DNA of 64,000 bases, taken from an uncultured Methanosarcinaceae archaeon (GTDB taxonomy: Archaea; Halobacteriota; Methanosarcinia; Methanosarcinales; Methanosarcinaceae). The notes under the pieces were generated by a model. It searched no databases and was not told the origin of the DNA. It was given only the letters and a program-made list of their open reading frames with translations. The position numbers and the translations under genes are program-made. The number at the start of each line of letters is the position of its first letter. The first letter of the stretch is position 1. The stretch lies in assembly GCA_963727895.1 (NCBI GenBank), contig CAVSHT010000012.1, positions 352,001 through 416,000 on the forward strand, in the 5' to 3' direction. Positions 55,765 to 64,000 of this stretch are shown piece by piece.

Positions 55765-56216
55765 ATTTTTTATTTTAGAATTCAATCGAAAAATAAGGAT
55801 AAGAAGAATTGTGCATAAGTGTAACTTTTCGAGAAAAGAAATAGCAGTTTGATTTTTATAGGAATCTAATACTGTAGTTATTAAGTATAATAGTGAGAAG
55901 GTTACTCACTCTGTATTTAAAAAAGTTTTTGAGAACAAATTGTGATTACATAATAATCCATTTTGATCAAATTTCTCTTTAATATTCGCGATTAAACTTT
56001 TTTTCAAAAATCTGATCTCAAACGATCTACATATAATTTTAAAGAGTGGTATTATAAAAAACTTTGAAACAAGCTCCAAAGGAATAAAATGAAAAGAGTA
56101 ATAGTGTGATCAGGCTACTTATTTCAAGTTTAAGGGACTTGCTTTAGAAGGATTTTTACAGAGCCGAATGGTTTGTAGAAGAAGCCTACATGACTCGAAG
56201 CTGAATCTTTCCTCAG

Positions 56217-56483
56217 TCATTTAGGAAATAGTTCGACAACCTTAAAAAGAATGATCGCACCAAAGCAAAAAAGCAGTGGAATTATTCCCATATTTAAAGA
56301 AACCTTGACAGCACTTTCCCAGTGTTTCGACATAGGTACGAAATACCTGAACAACAGCAGTAAAAGCAAAACTGCCGTAGCTACAGATGCACCATCAGAT
56401 ATTCCTGGTATTGCTGTTACCGCTGAAAGCGCACCTGAAGAAACTGAGTTAGATGCAACTAAACTTGTAAGCGTAGCGAGAAC
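56217..56483 (-). pseudogene. Small membrane protein lacking a canonical start codon
   Basis: Open frame VLATLTSLVASNSVSSG...VATAVLLLLLLFRYF...W...LNMGIIPLLFCFGAIILFKVVELFPK*, preceded by TAA; no ATG/GTG/TTG at the 5' end. Confidence 0.45.
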
Positions 56484-57009
56484 TCCTTAAATTGATTAGT
56501 ATATTTGAGAAACAAATAAGCAATCAGATATAAAAATCCTCCTCATACTACTGACAAATAATAAGAAGAAAAAATAAACTTGAACTTAAAAACGGAATAA
56601 AATTGTCTTAAAAAATTAAGAAATACTATGAGCTTTATTTGTGCAGTTGAAAATTGCGCGGTATATTATAAGTAATAGTTAGAATGTGTATTGTGAAACC
56701 TTGCAAAGGTAGAACATTAACTGAAGAATTTGATATAAAGTAAAAGAGGATAATAAATTAAACCAAATCATTAAATAATTACAAGACATACTTGAATAAA
56801 AAACAAAAGAAGTTATGAACATCAATAGGAAAGAATATCTGAAAAAAATAATAGCATTCGCCCTTTAAATTCCCTCTGATATAGGATTGGTCCGAGTATC
56901 AAGAACGTGAAAAATTAAGAATCACATAATATTATAAAAAACGAATATGTTTTCAAACTCCAACAGAAAGTTTTTTTGGTTAATAAAAACCAGAAAAACG
57001 GGGGGAACA

Positions 57010-57678
57010 ATGAACTCTAATGAATTTAAAATTCACAATTCTTCAAAGATATACGGTAGTTCTGTAATTGGAAAAGATACAATAATAATGGAAAATGTGA
57101 TATTAGGATACCCTGAACACAAAGTCCTGATGGAACTCCTGAAGCAAAACATTGAAATTGAGAACTTTGATTTTCCTGGATGTACTATTGGTCCAGATTC
57201 GATTATAAGAGCCGGATCAACTATATTTTCTAATGTAAAAACTGGAAAAAATTTCAAAACCGGGCATAATGTAATGATTAGAGAAAATACGGAAATTGGA
57301 AACAACGTTCTTATCGGAACTAATGTCATTATAGATGGACATGTAAAGATAGGAAACAATGTCAGCATCCAGGGAAATGTTTACATTCCGACCAATGTTA
57401 TCATTGAGGACAACGTATTCATCGGACCCTGTGCGGTTCTAGCCAATGATAAATATCCTATTAGAAAGAATTACGAATTGAAAGGTCCTGTTTTAAGAAA
57501 AGGCGCTTCTATAGGTGCAAATGCTACCTTATTGCCAGATGTTGAAATAGGAGAAGGAGCGATGGTTGCTGGAGGAGCACTTGTGACAAAAAATGTTCCT
57601 GCCTGGAAGCTTGCAATCGGAACGCCTGCTAAAATACAAGAACTTCCCGAAGATTTAATGGAATTGAATAGAATATAA
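57010..57678 (+). CDS. Hexapeptide-repeat N-acetyltransferase (WbpD-like)
   Basis: Left-handed beta-helix repeats, FIGP...NDKYP, SIGANATLLP, G.PAK. Confidence 0.88.
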   Translation: MNSNEFKIHNSSKIYGSSVIGKDTIIMENVILGYPEHKVLMELLKQNIEIENFDFPGCTIGPDSIIRAGSTIFSNVKTGKNFKTGHNVMIRENTEIGNNVLIGTNVIIDGHVKIGNNVSIQGNVYIPTNVIIEDNVFIGPCAVLANDKYPIRKNYELKGPVLRKGASIGANATLLPDVEIGEGAMVAGGALVTKNVPAWKLAIGTPAKIQELPEDLMELNRI

Positions 57679-57737
57679 GCTTATAAAAATCATGTCATAT
57701 AGATTAATTTATTGGAATTATTAAAAGAGGCCTCAAG

Positions 57738-58820
57738 ATGATCCCAATTGCCAAGCCTTTAATGGGTAAGGAAGAAATTGATGCAGTAACAGATGTCCTG
57801 AGTTCAGGTATGATTGCACAGGGCCCAAAAGTTGAAGAATTTGAACAGGCTTTTTCTGAATACACTGGCTGTGATTATGGAGTTGCAGTCAATTCCGGCA
57901 CTGCAGCTCTGCACGTTGCACTTCTCGCCCATGGCATAGGAAAGGGAAATGAAGTGATTACAAGCCCTTTCAGTTTCATTGCAACAGCAAATAGTATTCT
58001 TTATACCGGGGCAAAACCTGTTTTTGCAGATATTGAATCCGAGACATATAATATAGATCCTGAAAAAATTCAGGAAAAAATCACTCCAAAAACCAGAGCC
58101 ATTTTGCCTGTCCATCTCTATGGACATCCTGCAGACATGAAAGCCATAATGGAAATTGCAGAAGACAATAAGCTTATTGTAATTGAGGATGCCTGCCAAT
58201 CCCATGGCGCAGAATGTCTTGGAAAAAGAGTAGGCAGCTTCGGAACAGGAGCATTCAGCTTTTATCCTACTAAAAATATGACAACCAGTGAAGGTGGAAT
58301 GCTCACTACAAGCGATAAAGAAATTGCAGAAAAGGCAAATATGATTCGGGCCCATGGCTCAAAAGTACGCTATTTGCACGAAATGCTGGGTTTTAATCTG
58401 CGAATGACTGATATTGCAGCTGCAATCGGGCTTGTACAGCTTGGGAAACTGGACGGATTTATCGCAAACAGGCAGAAAAATGCAGAAATTCTATCTACGA
58501 AATTAAAAAGCATATCCGAGATTGCAACTCCAGTAATTAGAGACAATTGCACTCATGTATTCCATCAATATACGATCAGAGCAGAAAAGAGAGATAAACT
58601 GGCAGATTTCCTGAAAGAGAAAGAAATAGGAACTGGAGTTTATTATCCAATACCTATTCATAAGCAGCCTGTCTACAGAGAACTTGGATACAAAGACTCT
58701 TTACCGACCTCAGAAAAAGCATCAGAAGAGGTAATTTCTCTCCCTGTACACCCCGCATTGTCTACAACTGATTTGCAGGAAATAGTAGAAGTGATCAAAG
58801 AATTTTATGCAAAAGAATGA
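57738..58820 (+). CDS. DegT/DnrJ/EryC1/StrS aminotransferase (WbpE-like)
   Basis: NSGTAAL, PVHLYG, IEDACQSHG, FSFYPTKNMTTSEGG, G.N.RM. Confidence 0.93.
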   Translation: MIPIAKPLMGKEEIDAVTDVLSSGMIAQGPKVEEFEQAFSEYTGCDYGVAVNSGTAALHVALLAHGIGKGNEVITSPFSFIATANSILYTGAKPVFADIESETYNIDPEKIQEKITPKTRAILPVHLYGHPADMKAIMEIAEDNKLIVIEDACQSHGAECLGKRVGSFGTGAFSFYPTKNMTTSEGGMLTTSDKEIAEKANMIRAHGSKVRYLHEMLGFNLRMTDIAAAIGLVQLGKLDGFIANRQKNAEILSTKLKSISEIATPVIRDNCTHVFHQYTIRAEKRDKLADFLKEKEIGTGVYYPIPIHKQPVYRELGYKDSLPTSEKASEEVISLPVHPALSTTDLQEIVEVIKEFYAKE

Positions 58821-58860
58821 GTCGTTTTTAAATGCATTCTTAGAAACAGGAGTGAGACTT

Positions 58861-59799
58861 TTGATTAGAGTAGGAGTAATAGGTACAGGGGCTATGGGAC
58901 AGAACCACGTAAGGATCTACAGTGAAATGAATGGAGTAGAGCTTGCTGGGATTTCAGATGTAGACCAGAAACGTGTCGAAGCAATGGCTGCACAGTTCAA
59001 GACAAAAGCTTTTACAGACTATAAGAAAATGCTTGCTGAAGGGCTTGATGCTGTAAGTGTAGTTGTACCCACTAAGCTACATACACAGGTCGTACTTGAT
59101 GCTCTTGATGCAGGAGTGAATGTCCTTGTAGAAAAGCCTATTGCAGATACGCCTGAAAACGCGGATCTGATGATAGCAGCCGCAAAAAAGGCTGGAAAAA
59201 TCCTTATGGTTGGACACATTGAACGTTTTAACCCCGCGGTCATAAAGCTCAAAGAGATTATAAATTCAGGCACTTTAGGGAAAATAGTTTCAATTTCTAC
59301 AAAGAGAGTTGGACCCTACAACCCCAGGATAAGGGATGTAGGAGTAATTCTAGATATTGGCGTCCATGATATAGATGTGATCTCATACCTTTACGGTAAG
59401 AAAATAAACAGTGTTTATGCTATCGCAGGTGCAGATATTCACTCATTTGAAGATCATGCATCAATTATCCTGCGCATGGATCATAACTTTGCAGGAGTTG
59501 TAGAAACAAACTGGTTGACCCCACACAAAGTAAGGCAGTTAACAGCGATAGGAGTTAAAGGGGTTGCTTATCTCGATTATATTAATCAGACAGTACAGAT
59601 ACATGATAACGAATGGATAAGAAAAGCCAAAGTAGAACATAGTGAACCCCTGAAAAATGAACTCACGTATTTCATAGATTGTGCTGTAAATGGTAAGAGT
59701 CCTAACCCTTGCGGAGAAGACGGGAAACATGCCCTTGAAGTGGCAATGGCAGCCATAAAATCCTACGAAGAAGAAAGGTTAATTGAAGTGGGAAAATAA
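58861..59799 (+). CDS. Gfo/Idh/MocA oxidoreductase, UDP-GlcNAc(A) 3-dehydrogenase-like (WbpB/GnnA-like)
   Basis: GVIGTGAMG..H, VEKP, GHIERFNP, DIGVHD; TTG start after GGAGTG. Confidence 0.88.
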   Translation: MIRVGVIGTGAMGQNHVRIYSEMNGVELAGISDVDQKRVEAMAAQFKTKAFTDYKKMLAEGLDAVSVVVPTKLHTQVVLDALDAGVNVLVEKPIADTPENADLMIAAAKKAGKILMVGHIERFNPAVIKLKEIINSGTLGKIVSISTKRVGPYNPRIRDVGVILDIGVHDIDVISYLYGKKINSVYAIAGADIHSFEDHASIILRMDHNFAGVVETNWLTPHKVRQLTAIGVKGVAYLDYINQTVQIHDNEWIRKAKVEHSEPLKNELTYFIDCAVNGKSPNPCGEDGKHALEVAMAAIKSYEEERLIEVGK

Positions 59800-59878
59800 G
59801 CCGAAAAATGTTCAGAAGACAGAAATTAGAAAATAGAATAATTCAAAAAATTAAAAAACAATTTGGGAAGTGAAATAT

Positions 59879-61306
59879 ATGAGTAAATTAGAAACACTTA
59901 TCACGAAAAGAGGTCCAATCAAAAAAATAGGAGTACTTGGAATGGGCTACGTAGGTATTCCTTCAGCTGTTCTTTTCGCAGATGCTTCGTGTTTTGATAA
60001 AGTTCTCGGTTTCCAGCGCAACTCAAAAAGTTCAAGTTACAAAATCGATATGCTTAACCGTGGAGAAAGCCCTCTCAAAGGAGAGGAACCAGGCCTTGAA
60101 GATTTAATTAATAAAGTTGTGAAAGCTGGTAAGTTTGAGTGCACTTCCGATTTCTCAAGAATATCAGAACTTGATGCTGTCACGCTTGCAATCCAAACTC
60201 CTTTTGCAAATCCCAAAGATCTAGAACCTGACTTTTCCGCGCTCATTGAAGGTATAAGAAACGTAGGAAAATACCTTAAACCCGGAATGCTCGTTGTCCT
60301 TGAGTCCACAATCACCCCTGGAACAACTGAAAGTATGGCAAAAAAGATTCTTGAAGAAGAGTCAGGACTAAAAGCAGGAGAAGATTTTGCTCTTGCTCAT
60401 GCCCCGGAAAGAGTGATGGTAGGTAGGCTTTTGAAGAATATCAGAGAACATGACAGGATTGTAGGTGGGATTAATGAAGTAAGCACCAAAAGAGCTGTTG
60501 AACTTTATTCTCCTGTATTGACTGTGGGAAAAGTAATTCCAATGAGTGCAACTGCAGCTGAGGTCACGAAAACTGCAGAAAATACTTTCCGCGATCTCCA
60601 GATTGCAGCAATCAACCAGCTTGCCCTTTACTGTGAAGCCATGGGCATAAACGTGTATGACGTAAGAACTGGTGTGGACAGTTTAAAAGGAGAAGGCATT
60701 ACAAGAGCAGTTCTCTGGCCAGGAGCAGGGGTTGGAGGTCATTGCCTTACCAAGGACACATACCATCTGGAGAGGGGAGTTAAGATAGGGAGCGGACAGC
60801 TTGACTATCCTGAAGGCGCAGACTCAATCTACGTGCTCGCAAGAAAAGTCAATGATTTCATGCCTTTACACATGTACAACCTGACTGTTGCAGCACTTAA
60901 AAGAATTGGAAAAGAGATGAAAGGCTCAAAGATTGCAATTCTTGGTTGGGCTTTTATCCGAGATTCAGATGATGCTAGGAACACACCTTCAGAGCCTTAT
61001 AGAGATCTCTGCCTGAAAGCAGGTGCAATTATTGAAGTACACGATCCTTATGTTGTGCATTATCCAAAAGTTGAGATTTCAGATAATCTGGAGAAGGTTG
61101 TCAAGGATGCAGATGTCGTAGTGGTGCTGGCAGGACACAGTGCTTACTTTAATGTAAAGGCTGATTGGATAAAGGAAGTTACAGGTAAAACAAATCCGGT
61201 TATTGTGGACGGTAGAAATGTAATTGAACCGGATGAATTTATTGGCAAGGGCTTTGTTTATAAAGGAATAGGTAGAGGGGATAAAAACGAACATGTAATA
61301 GTATGA
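59879..61306 (+). CDS. Nucleotide-sugar 6-dehydrogenase (WbpA/WecC family)
   Basis: GMGYVG, ESTITPGTT, PER, K..ENTFRD..IA, PGAGVGGHC, D.RNTP, DGRN. Confidence 0.92.
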   Translation: MSKLETLITKRGPIKKIGVLGMGYVGIPSAVLFADASCFDKVLGFQRNSKSSSYKIDMLNRGESPLKGEEPGLEDLINKVVKAGKFECTSDFSRISELDAVTLAIQTPFANPKDLEPDFSALIEGIRNVGKYLKPGMLVVLESTITPGTTESMAKKILEEESGLKAGEDFALAHAPERVMVGRLLKNIREHDRIVGGINEVSTKRAVELYSPVLTVGKVIPMSATAAEVTKTAENTFRDLQIAAINQLALYCEAMGINVYDVRTGVDSLKGEGITRAVLWPGAGVGGHCLTKDTYHLERGVKIGSGQLDYPEGADSIYVLARKVNDFMPLHMYNLTVAALKRIGKEMKGSKIAILGWAFIRDSDDARNTPSEPYRDLCLKAGAIIEVHDPYVVHYPKVEISDNLEKVVKDADVVVVLAGHSAYFNVKADWIKEVTGKTNPVIVDGRNVIEPDEFIGKGFVYKGIGRGDKNEHVIV

Positions 61307-61361
61307 ACATAGCATTAAATAGATTAGTTCAGCCTTTCAATCGGGAGAAAAAGTGAAAACA

Positions 61362-62408
61362 ATGATCGAAAAACTGAAACGAAATACGGAACTCTGGGAG
61401 TTATTCACAAAAAAAGAAGAATACAATCCGATGCTTTCTGATCAGTACGATAGATTCCCTTATTATTTAAGTAGTCAGAGAAATATCTTTGACCCCAGAG
61501 TTTCGAGATTTCTGGTCGAAAATGGATTATGCCCAGAGTATCCAGGTGGGAAAAAATTCGCAGTTTGCCTTACTCATGATATTGATGTGGCATATCCAGA
61601 AAAGTTCTATCCGATCATTGGCACTGCCAAAGCTTTTACTAAAGGAAATTTAACAGATGCTATAAAGATACCTTTATGTAGAATTTGCAATGCGCTTAAC
61701 CCTTGCTGGAATTTTAGAGAAATAATAGAGCTGGAGGCAAAATACAATGCAAAATCCAGCTTTTATTTTCTGGCCTTAAAACCTGGAGAAAAAGACTTTA
61801 ATTATAAAATTGAGGACTTAGAAGATGAATTAAAGTTTATATCTGATCATGGGTGGGAAATAGGATTGCACGGAGGGCACGAATCTTACAACAACCTGGA
61901 AGATATAAAGGAAAAAAAACAGATACTTGAAAACGTTTTAGGTAAAGAAATTATAGGGTACAGAAATCATTATTTAAGGTTCAAAGTACCGGATACATGG
62001 GAATTGTTAAGCAAAGCAAACTTTAAGTATGACACAACATTCGGATATTCTGATTGTGCTGGTTTTAGAAATGGGATGTGCCATCCTTTCAAGCCTTACA
62101 ATATAAACACTGGAAAACAAATTGATATCATTGAAATTCCTCTCATAGTTATGGATCGGACTTTATTTAGGGACTACATGCGGCTTGACGTTAAAAAGTC
62201 CTGGGAGCTTATAAAAAGTCTTATTGATAAAGTTGAACAGTACAACGGTGTAATCACGATTTTATGGCACAATAATACATCCATTGATGATCAAGGTCTC
62301 AAATATTACGAAAAATTCCTCAAATACGTTTCCGAGAAGAACGCCTGGATTACAAGTGGAGGAGATATCTATAAATGGTGGGCTACAAATATTGAACCAA
62401 GATTATAA
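61362..62408 (+). CDS. Polysaccharide deacetylase family protein
   Basis: CLTHDID, EIGLHG, R.HYLRF, YDTT.G, GFR.G.C.PF, ILWHN. Confidence 0.85.
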   Translation: MIEKLKRNTELWELFTKKEEYNPMLSDQYDRFPYYLSSQRNIFDPRVSRFLVENGLCPEYPGGKKFAVCLTHDIDVAYPEKFYPIIGTAKAFTKGNLTDAIKIPLCRICNALNPCWNFREIIELEAKYNAKSSFYFLALKPGEKDFNYKIEDLEDELKFISDHGWEIGLHGGHESYNNLEDIKEKKQILENVLGKEIIGYRNHYLRFKVPDTWELLSKANFKYDTTFGYSDCAGFRNGMCHPFKPYNINTGKQIDIIEIPLIVMDRTLFRDYMRLDVKKSWELIKSLIDKVEQYNGVITILWHNNTSIDDQGLKYYEKFLKYVSEKNAWITSGGDIYKWWATNIEPRL

Positions 62409-62649
62409 AAAAGTATCTAAGTACGCAAGGTTATTCTGCCAAGAACGCTCGGCACTAAAAGAATCAGGTTTCTCTTTATAATAAGGCAATGAATAAACCA
62501 GATATTGATTGAATGGTGGGCTACAAATATTGAACCAAGATTATAAAAAAGTATCTAAGTACGCAAGGTTATTCTGCCAAGAACGCTCGGCACTAAAAGA
62601 ATCAGGTTTCTCTTTATAATAAGGCAATGAATAAACCAGATATTGATTG
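62374..62649. repeat. 138-bp tandem duplication (62374-62511 / 62512-62649)
   Basis: The two copies read identically by eye; they include the deacetylase 3' end. Confidence 0.9.
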
Positions 62650-62980
62650 TTATTGTTTCTGGAGTAATTATTGGCATTTATTACCTGTATATCTTGAAAA
62701 ACGATATGCAGATGAAAAATATATTGAAAGAATTCCGAGATTGATAATCTATAAGCTGATCCAAAAACTCAAAATTGAGTTTTCAAGTTCTTTATTTGAA
62801 TTTTTGAGTTGAATTAGAAGTTGAATACTTTGTCATAATAAATAGTTTCTGAACTTTTATTGATTAAATAGGAAGCTTAATTTTAGGGTGAAATCTAAAA
62901 TATAACCACAAAAATTATATGAATCATTTACAGAAAATGAAGATTTATACAGATCTTTTTACATATCTTTTATATATAAC

Positions 62981-64000
62981 TCACAGATCTTTTTGAAAAC
63001 CAGAAATACGCTTTTGTCCTGCAACATATCTCTCTGAATCTGTGTATTTGACAAGTTTTCCATTGTCCATTATGGATATTGAACCATGACCACAGCAGAT
63101 AAGGCATTTTTTGTTTTTTTCAGCAAGCTTTCTATCAATATCGGAAATGAGAGAAAGAAGGACCTGCCTTTCTTCTCGTGCAAGCTTGCTGTCAACGTTC
63201 ACTGATGTCATAAGGTAATCAGCTAGAATATTATATTCAGTTCTATCAGGGCTCAAGCTTTTGAAATTGATCATAGTATCTTCAGGAAAGAGAAGTCCCT
63301 CTTCAGGACAAAGATAGAAGACTTCTCCATGCATATGTCCGCCCATCCCTTCAAGGGCTTCAAATTCAAGATTTCCGATATGAAACCGAGCAATAACAGG
63401 GAACGCTCCCCTTTTTTCGATTTTATTATCTGATAAAGAGGCTTCAGGAAAGATAACTGTGTTTACAGGGGGAGTAAACCTGGAAAACAGGTTAATTATC
63501 TTTGTATAAGCCTCTTCAAGAATACACCCCTGACTGCTTGATCCATATGCTCTGCTGGTTTGCCTCGTGATAAGAAAAGTTTCACGATTCAGATAAGAAG
63601 GCACAGAGAAAAAACCCGCAGATCCGCAATGATCAGCATCAGCGTGCGTAATATAAATCCTTTTTAGTTGACTCAGATCACCAAGTCCATAATGCTGAAA
63701 CATATTTACAATGTCCTGAAAATAGATGCCATAGCCGGTATCTATCATGACCCTTTCTGAAGGCGTATCAAAGAGATAGATGTTTCCTCCACAGGGAGGT
63801 TGAAAACAGAAGAGTTCTATATCGTCTTTTATTTTTACTCTCTGTACGTCAGCATAAAAATTTTCTCCTGATGTCCGGTTCAGGTAATCTCCAACTTTAA
63901 GAATGTTTTCGAAAATCTCTATAGGATCTTTCTGAAGATTTGAAAGTTCCTGGGTAATATGATTAATATCATGCAAAAACCTCATCAAAAAATCATCTTC
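62981..64000 (-). CDS. MBL-fold metallo-hydrolase (5' end outside the window)
   Basis: IDTG, THADADHCG, GGH..G, CGHG; the frame is open to the window edge. Confidence 0.85.
   Translation of the reverse strand, partial: EDDFLMRFLHDINHITQELSNLQKDPIEIFENILKVGDYLNRTSGENFYADVQRVKIKDDIELFCFQPPCGGNIYLFDTPSERVMIDTGYGIYFQDIVNMFQHYGLGDLSQLKRIYITHADADHCGSAGFFSVPSYLNRETFLITRQTSRAYGSSSQGCILEEAYTKIINLFSRFTPPVNTVIFPEASLSDNKIEKRGAFPVIARFHIGNLEFEALEGMGGHMHGEVFYLCPEEGLLFPEDTMINFKSLSPDRTEYNILADYLMTSVNVDSKLAREERQVLLSLISDIDRKLAEKNKKCLICCGHGSISIMDNGKLVKYTDSERYVAGQKRISGFQKDL

Noticed and set aside
56251..56490. 79-aa plus-strand ORF
   Set aside because: The opposite-strand frame looks more protein-like (membrane protein), so this is likely its shadow.

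Overview
This 64 kb window is archaeal, most consistent with a Methanosarcina-like methanogen, judged from gene content and the characteristic short palindromic intergenic repeats. The housekeeping backbone includes a partial AAA ATPase, purC (frameshifted), nreA, aIF1/SUI1, purL, serS, sppA, metG, a CYTH protein, the HMG-CoA synthase/thiolase/DUF35 operon, a PAPS-reductase-family Fe-S protein and dinB. There is also a GH57-GH57-V4R-GH15 alpha-glucan operon. Five IS1-family copies are present, four with recognisable 8-bp target duplications. A decayed ~6.2 kb tyrosine-recombinase element (27944-34102) appears to have integrated into the centre of a short palindromic repeat. It carries three RHH-like genes, a Zn-ribbon gene and a VRR-NUC-like nuclease. 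Other accessory loci are a secreted protein built of 10-aa GSTxNxGDDS repeats, a decaying pair of nicotianamine-synthase-like genes with a methyltransferase (possible metallophore locus), and a large surface-glycan cluster with a WbpABDE-like diacetamido-uronic acid pathway. Many genes carry nonsense or frameshift lesions. I found no rRNA, tRNA or CRISPR array.
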